A stretch of DNA of 64,000 nt from Bacteroidaceae bacterium. GTDB taxonomy: Bacteria; Bacteroidota; Bacteroidia; Bacteroidales; Bacteroidaceae. A program made the translations under genes and the position numbers. A model generated the notes under the pieces. That model was not told the origin of the DNA. It saw only the letters and a list, made by a program, of their open reading frames with translations, and made no database searches. Shown here piece by piece: positions 35,032 through 46,121 of this stretch (positions within the stretch are counted from its first letter, which is position 1; every line of letters starts with the position of its first letter). The stretch lies in contig JAZRRI010000036.1 of NCBI GenBank assembly GCA_045650605.1, forward strand, positions 18,755-82,754, given 5' to 3'.

Positions 35032-36030
35032 TTATTTGAATGAGTCTGTCAAAAGCTTAATCTCAATCACCGGTGATATGCCCTCGTAGAGTATGTTGTA
35101 CACAGCATCGATGATTGGGGTGTTTATGCGGTAGTGTTCGTTTATTTCCTTGATGCACTTTGCTGCATAGTAGCCCTCGGCAATCATCTCCATCTCAATC
35201 TGTGCATTCTTCACAGAGTAGCCCTTGCCAATCATGCTACCGAACACGCGGTTTCGGCTGAACTTTGAGTAGCCTGTTACCAAAAGGTCGCCCATGTACA
35301 CCGAGTCGTTGATGGTGCGCTCAATGGGGTGAATGACGTTGATGAAACGGTTCATCTCAATGGCTGCGTTAGACATGAGCACAGCCTGGAAGTTGTCGCC
35401 ATACTTCAAGCCACTGCATATGCCGGCTGCAATGGCGTAGATATTCTTGAGCACAGAACCGTACTCAATGCCCACAACGTCGTCGCTCACCGATGTCTTT
35501 ATGAAGCCGCTGCCAAGTTTCTTTGCAAACTGCTTTGCATGGTCGATGTTTGCACAGCCCACGGTGAGGTACGAAAGGCGCTCGAGCGCAACCTCCTCGG
35601 CATGGCAAGGACCTGCAATGGCGGCAATGTTGTCATATGGCACCTTGTATACCTTGTTGAAATACTCCGATATTATGAGGTTCTCATCGGGCACAATACC
35701 CTTTATGGCATTGACGATGAACTTGTCCTCGAGATTGGCCTTCAACTTCTTGAGGTGGCTCTTGAGGTAGGGCGATGGTGTCACGAACACCAGAATATCG
35801 CTCTCCTTGACAACCTTGTTTATGTCGGAGGAGAAGTTTATTCTGTTCGTGTCGAACTTTACCGAGGAGAGGTAGGCCGGGTTGTGTCCCAGGCGCTTGA
35901 AATCCTCGATGCGGTCATCGCGTCTAATGTACCAGTTTATGGTCTCGACATTGTTGAGCAGAATTTTGGCAATGGCCGTTGCCCAACTGCCGCCACCCAT
36001 AATGGCAACCTGTTTGTTTGATAGTTCCAT
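35032..36030 (-). CDS. gpsA: NAD(P)H-dependent glycerol-3-phosphate dehydrogenase
   Basis: 332 aa. N-terminal VAIMGGGSWATA Rossmann motif and typical GpsA C-terminus. Confidence 0.95.
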   Translation of the reverse strand: MELSNKQVAIMGGGSWATAIAKILLNNVETINWYIRRDDRIEDFKRLGHNPAYLSSVKFDTNRINFSSDINKVVKESDILVFVTPSPYLKSHLKKLKANLEDKFIVNAIKGIVPDENLIISEYFNKVYKVPYDNIAAIAGPCHAEEVALERLSYLTVGCANIDHAKQFAKKLGSGFIKTSVSDDVVGIEYGSVLKNIYAIAAGICSGLKYGDNFQAVLMSNAAIEMNRFINVIHPIERTINDSVYMGDLLVTGYSKFSRNRVFGSMIGKGYSVKNAQIEMEMIAEGYYAAKCIKEINEHYRINTPIIDAVYNILYEGISPVIEIKLLTDSFK

Positions 36031-36069
36031 AATAAATTGTTTTTAGAAACTATATAATGTTTTATAGAT

Positions 36070-36198
36070 AATATAGATGTTGACCCATGAAAGGACCTTT
36101 GGAGGTCTTGTCATTCTGAACAAAGTGAAGAAACTTAAAAAAACTAAAGATACTTCGCTACGCTCAGTATGACAAGTGCACCGGTCAACAGCTATATT
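36070..36198. repeat. MITE-like palindromic element, copy 2
   Basis: TIRs aatatagatgttgacc / ggtcaacagctatatt (15/16). Same inner pair as copy 1 (ttgtcattctgaac..gtgaagaaac / agatacttcgctacgctcagtatgacaa). Confidence 0.75.
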
Positions 36199-36222
36199 GT
36201 TACTTAATTTAACTCAGCTTGG

Positions 36223-37950
36223 TTATCCGAGTTTCTCAATCCAAGCGGCAACATCGTTCACCGATGGTACTGTGTAGCCCAACTTGAACTTCTTGTTGAT
36301 GCCGCCAATCTCCATCTGTATCTTCTGTGCATTGCCACCCTTGAGGTCATTTACAAGGTTGTAGCCGGCCTTGTGGAGCACGGGAACCCACTCCTCGGGA
36401 ACACCTATAACTGCAAATGCAGCGGCGTTGTCCTTTGGAACTTTCTTCTCGGGGCGCATCTGTGGGAAGAACAGAACCTCCTGGATTGTTGTCTGGCCTG
36501 TCATGAGCATGGCAAGACGGTCCATACCGATACCCATACCAGATGTAGGAGGCATACCGTACTCAAGCGCGCGCACAAAGTCCTTGTCGATGAACATTGC
36601 CTCGTCGTCGCCCTTCTCGCTCAGGCGCAACTGCTCCTGGAAACGCTCGGCCTGGTCAATGGGGTCGTTGAGCTCGCTGTATGCGTTGCAAAGCTCCTTA
36701 CCGTTCACCATGAGCTCGAAACGCTCGGTGAGGTCGGGGTTGTTGCGGTGACGCTTGCAGAGAGGTGACATCTCGATGGGGTAGTCTGTGATGAATGTCG
36801 GCTGGATGTAGTTACCCTCGCAGAACTCGCCGAAAATCTCGTCGATGAGCTTGCCCTTACCCATTGTCTCGTCAACCTCCATCTTCAGCTCCTTGCAGAT
36901 TGCAAAGATTTCTTCCTCGCTCTTGCCGTTGAGGTCGTAGCCAGTGAACTCCTTGATAGAGTCGAGCATTGTAACGCGGCGGAAAGGTGCCTTGAAGCTG
37001 ATGGTGTGCTCGCCTACCTGAACATCGGTCGTACCGTTCACGTCGAGCGCAATCTTCTCCAGCATCTGCTCTGTGAAGCACATCATCCAGTTGTAGTCCT
37101 TGTACGATACGTAAATCTCCATACATGTGAACTCCGGGTTGTGTGTGCGGTCCATACCCTCGTTACGGAAGTTCTTCGAGAACTCATATACACCCTCAAA
37201 ACCACCTACGATAAGGCGCTTGAGGTAGAGCTCGTTTGCGATACGCAAGTAGAGAGGAATATCCAATGCGTTGTGGTGTGTGATGAACGGACGTGCCGCT
37301 GCACCACCGGGGATTGACTGCAATACCGGTGTCTCAACCTCCATGTAGCCACGGCTGTTGAAGAACTCGCGCATTGAACTGTAAATCTTGTTGCGCTTGA
37401 TGAAAATCTCCTTCACGTCATCGTTTACCACAAGGTCGACGTAACGCTGGCGGTAACGCAATTCGGGGTCCTCGAAACGGTCGTATGCCACGCCGTCCTT
37501 GTACTTTACGATTGGCAATGGACGGATGCTCTTTGAGAGGAATGTAATCTCGTGAGCGTGAACAGTGATTTCGCCTGTCTGTGTGCGGAAGACTGTACCC
37601 TTGACACCGATGAAGTCACCGATGTCGAGCAGGCGCTTAAAGAGCACGTTGTATGTGTCCTTGTTCTCGCCCGGGCAGATGTCGTCGCGTGTGATGTACA
37701 CCTGTACACGGCCTTTAGAGTCCTGCAACTCAATGAATGAAGCCTTACCCATTACGCGGCGGCTCATCATGCGGCCTGCGATGCACACCTTGCGTGGCTC
37801 GTCCTCGTCCTTGAATTCTGCAATGATGTCTGTTGAAAAAGCATCTGTAGGGTATTCGGCTGCAGGGTATGGCTCAATACCCATGTTGCGCAGTTCGGCA
37901 AGTGCCTCGCGGCGTACAATCTCCTGTTCGCTAAGTTCTAGAATGTTCAT
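36223..37950 (-). CDS. lysS: lysine--tRNA ligase
   Basis: 575 aa. Class II motifs ([14 protein letters not shown]) and an OB-fold N-terminus. Confidence 0.95.
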   Translation of the reverse strand: MNILELSEQEIVRREALAELRNMGIEPYPAAEYPTDAFSTDIIAEFKDEDEPRKVCIAGRMMSRRVMGKASFIELQDSKGRVQVYITRDDICPGENKDTYNVLFKRLLDIGDFIGVKGTVFRTQTGEITVHAHEITFLSKSIRPLPIVKYKDGVAYDRFEDPELRYRQRYVDLVVNDDVKEIFIKRNKIYSSMREFFNSRGYMEVETPVLQSIPGGAAARPFITHHNALDIPLYLRIANELYLKRLIVGGFEGVYEFSKNFRNEGMDRTHNPEFTCMEIYVSYKDYNWMMCFTEQMLEKIALDVNGTTDVQVGEHTISFKAPFRRVTMLDSIKEFTGYDLNGKSEEEIFAICKELKMEVDETMGKGKLIDEIFGEFCEGNYIQPTFITDYPIEMSPLCKRHRNNPDLTERFELMVNGKELCNAYSELNDPIDQAERFQEQLRLSEKGDDEAMFIDKDFVRALEYGMPPTSGMGIGMDRLAMLMTGQTTIQEVLFFPQMRPEKKVPKDNAAAFAVIGVPEEWVPVLHKAGYNLVNDLKGGNAQKIQMEIGGINKKFKLGYTVPSVNDVAAWIEKLG

Positions 37951-37992
37951 TGTTATATTGTTTTTATATTAGTTTCTTTTAATGTGGTTCTA

Positions 37993-38019
37993 AGATACTT
38001 CACTTCGTTCAGTATGACA
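37993..38019. repeat. family A half-repeat
   Basis: agatacttcacttcgttcagtatgaca, in the lysS upstream gap. Confidence 0.6.
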
Positions 38020-38025
38020 TTGGGG

Positions 38026-38961
38026 TCATATCAGTTTCTTAAAATATTCAATTGTGTGTTCCAAGCCTTCGTCGAGCTTTATGTTGGGCTGCCAACCGCC
38101 AAGCATGCGGTTTGCAAGTGAGATATCGGGCTTGCGTTGGCGTGGGTCGTCCTGCGGTAACGGCTCGAATATAATCTTCGATTTTGAACCTGTCAGTTCA
38201 ATTACTTTCCGGGCAAGCTCCAGCATTGTGAACTCGCCGGGGTTGCCTATGTTCACCGGGCCGGTGAAATCATCGCCGGTCTCCATCATGCGCACCATAC
38301 CCTCGACAAGGTCGTCAACATACTGGAAACTGCGTGTCTGCTTGCCGTCGCCATAGATGGTGATGTCCTTGCCTTGCAGTGCCTGTACAATGAAGTTCGA
38401 TACCACGCGACCGTCGTTCGTGCTCATGCGTGGGCCGTATGTGTTGAAGATGCGTATAATCTTAATCTTTACATTGTTCTGTCGGTGGTAGTCCATGAAC
38501 AAAGTCTCGGCACAACGTTTGCCCTCGTCATAGCAGGAGCGTATGCCAATGGGGTTCACGTTGCCCCAGTATTCCTCGACCTGCGGGTGTATGTGCGGGT
38601 CGCCGTAGACCTCGCTTGTCGATGCCTGAAGAATCTTGGCTCCTACACGCTTTGCCAGTCCCAGCATGTTCATTGAACCGATTACGCATGTCTGTATTGT
38701 TTTTACAGGGTCGTGCTGGTAGTGCACAGGCGATGCGGGGCAGGCAAGATTGTATATCTCGTCTACTTCGGCGGTGTAGGGCTGTGTTATGTCATGGCGC
38801 ACAAGCTCAAAGTGGTCGTTGCCTATGAGGTGACGGATGTTGTCCTTGCTGCCGGTGAAGTAGTTGTCGAGGCAGATGACATCATTGCCGTCATTGAGCA
38901 GTCTTTCGCACAGATGCGACCCTATGAAGCCGGCTCCTCCTGTTACAAGTATTCGTTTCAT
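38026..38961 (-). CDS. UDP-glucuronate decarboxylase (UDP-xylose synthase), extended SDR
   Basis: 311 aa. [19 protein letters not shown] catalytic motif, and strong overall resemblance to the UXS family. Confidence 0.9.
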   Translation of the reverse strand: MKRILVTGGAGFIGSHLCERLLNDGNDVICLDNYFTGSKDNIRHLIGNDHFELVRHDITQPYTAEVDEIYNLACPASPVHYQHDPVKTIQTCVIGSMNMLGLAKRVGAKILQASTSEVYGDPHIHPQVEEYWGNVNPIGIRSCYDEGKRCAETLFMDYHRQNNVKIKIIRIFNTYGPRMSTNDGRVVSNFIVQALQGKDITIYGDGKQTRSFQYVDDLVEGMVRMMETGDDFTGPVNIGNPGEFTMLELARKVIELTGSKSKIIFEPLPQDDPRQRKPDISLANRMLGGWQPNIKLDEGLEHTIEYFKKLI

Positions 38962-38982
38962 AAAAGAAATTATCTCCTTATC

Positions 38983-39870
38983 TTATTCAAAAACGGCATA
39001 TCCCTCGCCAATCATGTTTCCGTCAACGAAAATATATGCAAGGTAACGTCCCTCCTGCAATGTCTCTTCAATATTCCAGTAGAACACGAGTGGCACCTCT
39101 TCGCCGCCGAACTCGAAATCCCTGTACATTGAGTAGCTTATGTCGCGGTTCTCGTATTTGAATGTGTTGCTGTATCCCTTTGTCAGCGGTTCGCCGCCGG
39201 GTTGCATAATCCTCACATAGGCTCTCTTGTCGCCTGTGCTTGCGGTTATGTTCTTCGAGATGGTGCAGCTCACGCAAATCTGCTTGGCGCGTTTAATGCT
39301 TGTAGTCTCCTTGCCATTGCTGCGCAACATTGTCACGCTCACATTTGTTGCATCGAGCTGCGAAGCGAGGTCGACCTTGTGGCTGAGCTCCTTCTTCTCT
39401 TTTGCCAGTTCGTTCCTCTCCTTTTCGGCCTTCTTCTTGCCGGCGATGAGCTTGCTGTTCTCGTTCTTCAGCTCGGTGTTCTCGCGGAAGAGTGAATCAA
39501 TCTGCACCATGTAGTTCTCAAGCACTCCGCGCAGGGTCTTCAATTCCTTCTTCAGGCGCTTGATTTCGGCTGCGTTTGTAGCTTTTGTGCTCTGCAACTC
39601 TTCATACAGCTGCTGTGTGCGCAACTGCTCCTGCTCAAGCTTCACAAGCAGTGAGTCGTTGCTCAGAATCTTCTTCTTCAGCTCGTCATACTCCATCTGT
39701 GCAGCCTGCAGGTCATTGAGCATCTCCTCCTGTTCAAGGGCAATGAGTTCCTGTATCTCCTCGTGCTGCTTCTCGCTCTCCTTCAGGTTGTTCCAGATGA
39801 GTGCCAGGCCTGTTGCCAGGGCGACAACAAGCACGGCAAGAGATATTATTATGATTTTTTTCTTATCCAT
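38983..39870 (-). CDS. membrane-anchored coiled-coil hypothetical protein
   Basis: 295 aa from the ATG at 39870 (the track start is GTG). N-terminal TM, long heptad-rich region and a beta-rich C-terminus. Confidence 0.55.
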   Translation of the reverse strand: MDKKKIIIISLAVLVVALATGLALIWNNLKESEKQHEEIQELIALEQEEMLNDLQAAQMEYDELKKKILSNDSLLVKLEQEQLRTQQLYEELQSTKATNAAEIKRLKKELKTLRGVLENYMVQIDSLFRENTELKNENSKLIAGKKKAEKERNELAKEKKELSHKVDLASQLDATNVSVTMLRSNGKETTSIKRAKQICVSCTISKNITASTGDKRAYVRIMQPGGEPLTKGYSNTFKYENRDISYSMYRDFEFGGEEVPLVFYWNIEETLQEGRYLAYIFVDGNMIGEGYAVFE

Positions 39871-39885
39871 CACTTCAACCGGCGG

Positions 39886-42636
39886 TTACTTTGACAGTTT
39901 CTGTATGCTCTCCTTCAGCATTGCAATCTTCTCCATTGCGTCGGACTGCTTCTTGCGCTCAATGGCAATAATCTTCTCGGGAGCCTTGCTGACGAAGTTG
40001 GGGTTGCCAAGCTTTGCCTCAACGCTCTTTAGGAATTTCTCGTGGTATGCGAGCTCCTCCTGCATCTTTGCAATCTCGGCATCCTTGTCAATGAGTGAAC
40101 CCATGGGGATGGCGAACTCTGTTGTGCCCACGCGGAATGACACGGCAGTGTCATCGGGTGTTGCAACGCACTCCAGCGACGAGAGGTTTGCCATCTTTGT
40201 CATCACGCACTCAAGGCCTGCAACGGGCGACTCGCCCACAATCTGCAGTGCCAACGGCTCGCGTGGCGAGAGGTTCTTCTGCTGGCGTGTAGCACGTACA
40301 CCGCCAATTACCTCCTTCATTATTGCAATCTTGCCAAGGAATGCCTCGTCGCACTCTGCTGCAAGTTCCTTTGTGCTCTGTACCATGATGCTCTCGCCCT
40401 CCTTGCGCTCCTTGATGTTCTGCCACAACTCTTCGGTGATGAATGGCATGAATGGGTGGAGCAGGCGCAACAGGCTGTCGAAGAAGCCGAGTGTAGCCTC
40501 GTATGTGGCAGCATCGATCGGTGAACCGTATGCAGGCTTAATCATCTCGAGATACCATGCCGAGAACTCGTCCCAGAAGAGTGAGTATACGGTCATCAAT
40601 GCCTCGTTAAGGCGGTATTTGCCAAAGAGGTCATCGAGTGAAGCTGCTGCCTTTGCAAGTGTCTCGCCAAAGTACTTGATGGCGAGCTTGCTGCTCTCGG
40701 GCTGCTCAATCTCATTGCTTACGTTCCAACCCTTTACAAGGCGGAATGCATTCCATATCTTGTTACAGAAGTTACGTCCCTGCTCGCATAGGCTGTCGTC
40801 GAAGAGAATGTCGTTGCCCGCAGGTGCCGATAGCATGATACCCATGCGTACACCGTCGGCGCCGTAACGTGCAATCAGTTCAAGCGGGTCGGGGCTGTTG
40901 CCCAGCGACTTGCTCATCTTGCGGCCGAGCTTGTCGCGTACGATACCTGTGAAATATACGTTCTTGAACGGCATGTCACCCTCGTACTCGTAACCGGCCA
41001 TAATCATACGTGCCACCCAGAAGAAGATGATATCCGGGCCTGTCACCAGGTCGTTTGTGGGGTAGTAGTAGCTTATCTCCTTGTTGCCCGGGTCAAGAAT
41101 ACCGTTGAACAGCGAGATTGGCCACAACCATGAGCTGAACCATGTGTCGAGTGCATCCTCGTCGTGGCGGAGCTCCTCGGCAGTGATGTTTTCATAGCCC
41201 GGGATAGCCTTTGCAAGTGCAAGTGCCTCCTCGCGGCTCTCGGCTACAACAAACTGCTCCTCGGCGCCCTCGGCTACGGGCAGGAAGTATGCAGGGATGC
41301 GGTGACCCCACCACAGCTGGCGGCTGATGCACCAGTCCTGTATGTTTGCAAGCCAGTTGTTGTAAGTAGTCTTGTATTTTGTAGGGTAGAACTTCAGTTT
41401 GTCCTCCATTACCGGTGGCAATGCAATGTCGGCAAAGTGCTGCATGCGCAGGAACCACTGCATGCAAAGGCGTGGCTCAACAGCTGTGTCGGCATTACGC
41501 TCGCTGTAACCCACCTTGTTGTCGTAGTCCTCAATCTTCTCCAGAAGGTCGGCAGCAGCAAGGTCCTTGGCAATCTGTGCGCGAACCTCCATGCGGTCCT
41601 GACCTACGTACATACCTGCAGCCTCGCTGATGGTAGCGTCGGCATTGAATATGTCTATTGTCTCAAGGTTATGTGTCTTGCCAAGCATGTAGTCATTGGT
41701 GTCGTGTGCAGGGGTAACCTTCAGGCAACCTGTACCGAACTCAATCTCTACATATCGGTCCTCGATTACGGGGATAGAGCGGTTTACAAGGGGCACAATT
41801 ACGCGTTTGCCCTTGAGCCAGCTGTTCTTCGGGTCCTTAGGGTTGATGCACATTGCGGTGTCACCCATGATTGTCTCGGGGCGTGTTGTGGCAACAACCG
41901 CATAGCGGCGGCCGTTGGCATCGCGGTGCAGAATCTGGTGTTTTACTGTGGGGTCGAAAGCATCGGTTGCTGCAAGTGTCACAGCATCGGCCTCCTCGCC
42001 ATCGGTGCTGCCAGCCGCCTCGTCAACATAGTATCTCAGGTAGTAGAGCTTGCTCTTCTCCTCCTTGTAGATAACCTCCTCGTTGCTGAGTGCTGTCTGT
42101 GCCTTGGGGTCCCAGTTTACCATGCGCAGACCGCGATAGATAAGCCCCTTGTTGTAGAGGTCGCAGAAAACCTTGATTACGCTCTTGCTGCGAATCTCGT
42201 CCATGGTGAACGATGTGCGGTCCCAGTCGCACGACGCGCCGAGCTTGCGCAGCTGCTGCAGGATGATGCCACCGTGCTCGTCGGTCCACTCCCAAGCATG
42301 CTTCAGGAACTCCTCGCGTGTGAGGTCGCTCTTCTTTATGCCCTGGCCTGCAAGCTTCTTCACCACCTTGGCCTCTGTGGCAATTGATGCGTGGTCGGTA
42401 CCCGGTACCCAACACGCATTCTTGCCGAGCATGCGCGCGCGGCGTACAAGAATATCCTGAATGGTGTTGTTGAGCATGTGACCCATGTGCAACACACCTG
42501 TTACGTTAGGTGGTGGAATTACGATTGTGTAAGGTTCTCTCTCATCGGGTTCCGAGTGGAAAAGATTGTTTTTCAACCAATACCCGTACCATTTCTCCTC
42601 AACCTCTGCGGGTATGTAAGTGCTTGCTAAGCTCAT
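39886..42636 (-). CDS. valS: valine--tRNA ligase
   Basis: 916 aa. [13 protein letters not shown] (HIGH-type), KMSKS and a C-terminal coiled coil. Confidence 0.95.
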   Translation of the reverse strand: MSLASTYIPAEVEEKWYGYWLKNNLFHSEPDEREPYTIVIPPPNVTGVLHMGHMLNNTIQDILVRRARMLGKNACWVPGTDHASIATEAKVVKKLAGQGIKKSDLTREEFLKHAWEWTDEHGGIILQQLRKLGASCDWDRTSFTMDEIRSKSVIKVFCDLYNKGLIYRGLRMVNWDPKAQTALSNEEVIYKEEKSKLYYLRYYVDEAAGSTDGEEADAVTLAATDAFDPTVKHQILHRDANGRRYAVVATTRPETIMGDTAMCINPKDPKNSWLKGKRVIVPLVNRSIPVIEDRYVEIEFGTGCLKVTPAHDTNDYMLGKTHNLETIDIFNADATISEAAGMYVGQDRMEVRAQIAKDLAAADLLEKIEDYDNKVGYSERNADTAVEPRLCMQWFLRMQHFADIALPPVMEDKLKFYPTKYKTTYNNWLANIQDWCISRQLWWGHRIPAYFLPVAEGAEEQFVVAESREEALALAKAIPGYENITAEELRHDEDALDTWFSSWLWPISLFNGILDPGNKEISYYYPTNDLVTGPDIIFFWVARMIMAGYEYEGDMPFKNVYFTGIVRDKLGRKMSKSLGNSPDPLELIARYGADGVRMGIMLSAPAGNDILFDDSLCEQGRNFCNKIWNAFRLVKGWNVSNEIEQPESSKLAIKYFGETLAKAAASLDDLFGKYRLNEALMTVYSLFWDEFSAWYLEMIKPAYGSPIDAATYEATLGFFDSLLRLLHPFMPFITEELWQNIKERKEGESIMVQSTKELAAECDEAFLGKIAIMKEVIGGVRATRQQKNLSPREPLALQIVGESPVAGLECVMTKMANLSSLECVATPDDTAVSFRVGTTEFAIPMGSLIDKDAEIAKMQEELAYHEKFLKSVEAKLGNPNFVSKAPEKIIAIERKKQSDAMEKIAMLKESIQKLSK

Positions 42637-42680
42637 AGTATTTTTAGTTATTATATAATTATTCCAAATTTAGCTAACTG

Positions 42681-42688
42681 CAAAGTTA
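42681..42688 (-). promoter_or_regulatory. -7 box (TAACTTTG) for valS
   Basis: Minus-strand TAnnTTTG match 45 nt upstream of the ATG. Confidence 0.5.
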
Positions 42689-42708
42689 ACTCTTATTTCT
42701 AAATTATT

Positions 42709-42716
42709 TATCTTTG
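42709..42716 (+). promoter_or_regulatory. -7 box (TATCTTTG) for mazG
   Basis: TAnnTTTG match 20 nt upstream of the ATG at 42736. Confidence 0.5.
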
Positions 42717-42735
42717 TGGCGAAAAAAAATGAATT

Positions 42736-43521
42736 ATGCATAGTAGAGAAGAAATTTTGGAGGCTTTCGGCCGTTTTCTGGATGTTCTTGACGAGTTGCG
42801 CGAGAAGTGTCCATGGGACAGGAAACAGACAAACAGCAGCCTGCGCCCGAATACCATAGAGGAGTGTTTTGAATTGTCCGATGCTCTTGTGGCCGACGAT
42901 ACGCAGAATATATGCAAGGAACTTGGCGATGTGCTGCTGCACGTAGCCTTTTATGCAAAGATTGCGCGCGAGAAACAGCAGTTCGACATGAAGGATGTGT
43001 GCGACCGACTGTGCGACAAGCTTATCTACCGTCATCCGCATGTCTTTGGCGATGCCGTTGCCGAGACGGCCGGCGAGGTGTGCAAGAACTGGGAGCAGTT
43101 GAAGATGACCGAAAAGGATGGCAACAAGACCATCCTCAGCGGTGTGCCTGTCTCAATGCCATCGCTCATAAAGGCCTACCGCATGCAGGAGAAGGCTGCC
43201 AATGTAGGCTTCGATTGGGAAAAGAAAGAGGATGTGTGGGCAAAGGTAAAGGAGGAGATTGCGGAGATTGAGGCTGAGATGCAGTCGGGCGACAAGGCGG
43301 CAATGGAGAAGGAGTTCGGCGATTTGCTCTTCAGTCTTGTGAATGCGTCGCGTCTCTATGGCATAAACCCCGACAATGCTCTGGAACTTACCAACAACAA
43401 GTTCCGTCGCCGTTTCAACTATGTCGAGGAGCATACTATAGGGCAGGGCCGCAACCTGCGAGATATGTCGCTCCGGGAGATGGATGCACTTTGGGATGAG
43501 GCAAAGAAACAAGGGTTGTAG
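42736..43521 (+). CDS. mazG: nucleoside triphosphate pyrophosphohydrolase MazG
   Basis: 261 aa. Two MazG repeats (EExxE-type motifs EECFELSDAL and EEIAEIEAEM). Confidence 0.9.
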   Translation: MHSREEILEAFGRFLDVLDELREKCPWDRKQTNSSLRPNTIEECFELSDALVADDTQNICKELGDVLLHVAFYAKIAREKQQFDMKDVCDRLCDKLIYRHPHVFGDAVAETAGEVCKNWEQLKMTEKDGNKTILSGVPVSMPSLIKAYRMQEKAANVGFDWEKKEDVWAKVKEEIAEIEAEMQSGDKAAMEKEFGDLLFSLVNASRLYGINPDNALELTNNKFRRRFNYVEEHTIGQGRNLRDMSLREMDALWDEAKKQGL

Positions 43522-43550
43522 TTTTTATGTCAATCTTTTGACAATCCGGC

Positions 43551-43599
43551 AATAACATCACAGGAGGTTCTCGAATCGAGAACCTCCTGTGATGTTATT
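43551..43599. terminator. bidirectional hairpin terminator
   Basis: About 23-bp perfect inverted repeat aataacatcacaggaggttctcg / cgagaacctcctgtgatgttatt, between convergent genes. Confidence 0.75.
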
Positions 43600-44073
43600 C
43601 TATTCGCGTTTCTTCTCTTTGTGGACATTGTTGCGATGCTCTGTCATCTTTTTCATAAGGTCGCGCTGGAACATGCCCTCGGCATGCTGCACACGGCGCA
43701 ACTTGCAGGGTGGTAGCACCTCAAGGTATTTGTCGGTGTATTCCCTTTCCAGTTTGGCTATCTCAATTTTGGTGTCGGCCATCTTGTAGACAAAGTTGCG
43801 GCACTCCTCCTCGGTCATCTGTTCACCACGCTGTTTCCTGAAATCCTTGCGTGCATTACGCTCAAGCTCGAATTTCTTCTTCTGCAACTCGAAGAAGAGG
43901 GGGAAGAAAGCCTCGGCCTCCTCGGGTGTCAATCCGGCTTTTTCAGTTATGTATGTCTTCTGCTTTGTCTGGAACTCCTCGGGTGAAAAGTGTGGTCTTT
44001 TCTTCTGCTGTTCCTGGGCACTTGCTGTCAATGCAAGGAGCATGAGCAATGATGCAAAAAATATCTTTTTCAT
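43600..44073 (-). CDS. periplasmic Spy/CpxP-like hypothetical protein
   Basis: 157 aa. Signal peptide, then a charged helical body. Third gene of a sigma / anti-sigma-like / periplasmic protein trio. Confidence 0.5.
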   Translation of the reverse strand: MKKIFFASLLMLLALTASAQEQQKKRPHFSPEEFQTKQKTYITEKAGLTPEEAEAFFPLFFELQKKKFELERNARKDFRKQRGEQMTEEECRNFVYKMADTKIEIAKLEREYTDKYLEVLPPCKLRRVQHAEGMFQRDLMKKMTEHRNNVHKEKKRE

Positions 44074-44091
44074 ATTGTATATGGTTGGTTT

Positions 44092-44442
44092 TTATTCAAA
44101 ATCACTTTCTGTCAAATAGCAATAGAACGTGTACTCGTCTATGGTGTAGCTGTTGAGTATGTTGTCAATGTATTCGTTGTCGGCATAGAAATTGTCGCTT
44201 GTTGCAGTGTCACCGCCTGCTCTGTTCCAAGGTGCAATTAAATTGGCTGTGATGCCGAGTATTATTGCAACGGCAGCGGCATAACCAATTATGCGACTGA
44301 ACCAGCTAATCACGTGGCGCTTTTGGCGCGGAGTGGCAACGTTGTTGCCTGCAGTCGCCTTGAGAATATCTTTATTCAGCTGCTCGAAATAACCTTCCGG
44401 CACAGTGAAAACCTCTTTTTTTCTATTATGTTTATTCTCCAT
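44092..44442 (-). CDS. small single-TM protein (anti-sigma-like by position)
   Basis: 116 aa. Central TM IIGYAAAVAIILGITANLI. Directly downstream of the ECF sigma. Confidence 0.45.
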   Translation of the reverse strand: MENKHNRKKEVFTVPEGYFEQLNKDILKATAGNNVATPRQKRHVISWFSRIIGYAAAVAIILGITANLIAPWNRAGGDTATSDNFYADNEYIDNILNSYTIDEYTFYCYLTESDFE

Positions 44443-44484
44443 AAATCATCTTCTGCTTATATGATATGTTTTTTTACCGAAGGT

Positions 44485-45039
44485 TTAATCGGCTTTGTTT
44501 AAATATTCCTCAATTTTCTTCACTGCTATGTGGTACGATGCCTTCAAAGCACCCACGCTGGTGTCAAGTATGGCCGAAATCTCCTCGTATTTCATCTCCT
44601 CATAATATTTCATGTTGAATACAAGACGTTGCTTCTCGGGCAGGCGGGCAATGGCCTCCTGCAGCATGGCCTCGGCTTTGTCGCCATTGAAGAGTGTGTC
44701 GCTCTCCAGTTGTTCGGCTATTGCCCCTTCGGGTGTATCCAGCGAAATCAGTGTGTTGCGGTTCTTGTTCAGGAAAGTGAGCGCCTCGTTTATGGCAATG
44801 CGGTACAGCCAGGTCGAAATCTTCGATTTGCCCTGGAATGTCCCGATGTTCATCCATGCCTTTATGAAAGTGTTCTGTACAATGTCATCGGCATCGTCGT
44901 GCACCAGTACCATACGTCTTATGTGGCGGTATATCTCCTCGCTGTACTCCTTTACAATGGCAGAGAATGCCGCAGCTCTGAGGCTTTCGTCCTTGAGCTG
45001 TGCAACTATTTTCTCTTCATTGTATTCCTTGCCTGGCAC
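44485..45039 (-). CDS. ECF-type sigma-70 family sigma factor
   Basis: 184 aa. Region 2 (DADDIVQNTFIKAW...WLYRIAINEA) and region 4 (LPEKQRLVFNMKYYEEMKYEEISAILDTSVGALKASYH). The start codon appears to be GTG. Confidence 0.85.
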   Translation of the reverse strand: MPGKEYNEEKIVAQLKDESLRAAAFSAIVKEYSEEIYRHIRRMVLVHDDADDIVQNTFIKAWMNIGTFQGKSKISTWLYRIAINEALTFLNKNRNTLISLDTPEGAIAEQLESDTLFNGDKAEAMLQEAIARLPEKQRLVFNMKYYEEMKYEEISAILDTSVGALKASYHIAVKKIEEYLNKAD

Positions 45040-45084
45040 TGTGTCTTGTGTTTATTTCTTTTGACGGGAAAATTCTCCGTGGGT

Positions 45085-45999
45085 TTAATCTATGCAGAAT
45101 GTATCGCCCTCGTTGACGGCTGTTGTTGCCGGGAAAACTTCGCGTGCCTCCTCCTGCAGGGCGTCCGGTGTGTCGTAGCGCGAAGAGTAGTGCCCGATGA
45201 GCAGTCTCTTCACTCCGGCATCATGCGCTACTTGCGCAGCCTGTCGTGCCGTGCTGTGCATGGTCTGTGCGGCACGTTCCTTTTCGGTGTCGGCAAATGT
45301 AGCTTCGTGATAAAGCAGGTCTACATCTTTCAGCTGCATGCTGTTGTTGCAGGGGGCAGTGTCGCTGCAGTAGGCATAGCTGCGTGAGCGGTCGGCATCC
45401 TTTGTGAGCCTGCTGTTGGGGATTGTCTCGCCATCGGGGGTGGAGTAGTCTGCACCCTCCTTTATTGCTTGGCGCATGTACGTGGGTATATTGTAGAAAT
45501 TTACCATGTCGCCTATCAGGTGACGCTGCTTTGGCTTCTCGCGGAACAGGAAACCGCAGCATGGCATGCGGTGCTTCAGCGGAATGGTCTCCACCGTTAT
45601 TGTATTGTCCTCGAATATTATCTGCTGCTTTGTCGCGTCTATGCTATGGAAAAAGAGCGGATAGTTCATTCCCTTGCAGAAGAAATCTATCTGCGGCCTC
45701 ATCACCTCTTCGAGATTATGGTCGGCATATATATGCAGCGGGGCAGTGCGTCCAAGCAGTGCGAATGTCGATATAAGGCCAATGAGCCCGAAACAGTGGT
45801 CGCCGTGCAGGTGCGAAATGAAGATGTGGTTTATGAACGAGAAGTGTATGTGCTGTCTGCGAAGTTGCAGCTGTGTGCCTTCGCCGCAGTCAATCATGAA
45901 CTGCTTGTTCCCAATCTTTACAACCTGTGCCGTGGCATTGTGTCTTGTTGTGGGTAATGCTGAGCCACACCCTAATATGTGTATCTCGAATGGTTCCAT
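45085..45999 (-). CDS. rnz: ribonuclease Z
   Basis: 304 aa. Metallo-beta-lactamase motif SHLHGDHCFG. Confidence 0.9.
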   Translation of the reverse strand: MEPFEIHILGCGSALPTTRHNATAQVVKIGNKQFMIDCGEGTQLQLRRQHIHFSFINHIFISHLHGDHCFGLIGLISTFALLGRTAPLHIYADHNLEEVMRPQIDFFCKGMNYPLFFHSIDATKQQIIFEDNTITVETIPLKHRMPCCGFLFREKPKQRHLIGDMVNFYNIPTYMRQAIKEGADYSTPDGETIPNSRLTKDADRSRSYAYCSDTAPCNNSMQLKDVDLLYHEATFADTEKERAAQTMHSTARQAAQVAHDAGVKRLLIGHYSSRYDTPDALQEEAREVFPATTAVNEGDTFCID

Positions 46000-46055
46000 A
46001 GTGTCGCAAATTTACTTATTAGAGTGCTAAAAAGCAAGTACTCTATCACTATTTG

Positions 46056-46095
46056 AAATAAAAAAGTTAAGGCTGCCCATGCGGACAGCCTTAAC
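46056..46095 (-). terminator. hairpin terminator after rpsA
   Basis: Stem gttaaggctg / cagccttaac, followed on the minus strand by a T-run. Confidence 0.55.
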
Positions 46096-46121
46096 CGTAG
46101 ATATTGTGTGAATCAATTCAA

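Noticed and set aside
39560-40867. 435-aa plus-strand ORF.
   Set aside because: It is antisense to valS and the coiled-coil gene and extremely Ser-rich and low in complexity. It is a shadow ORF of well-supported minus-strand genes.
41164-42387. 407-aa plus-strand ORF.
   Set aside because: It lies entirely antisense to valS, which has unambiguous class I synthetase motifs. No recognisable domain.
44530-45387. 285-aa plus-strand ORF spanning the ECF sigma and rnz genes.
   Set aside because: It is antisense to two confidently identified genes and crosses their intergenic gap. The composition is atypical.
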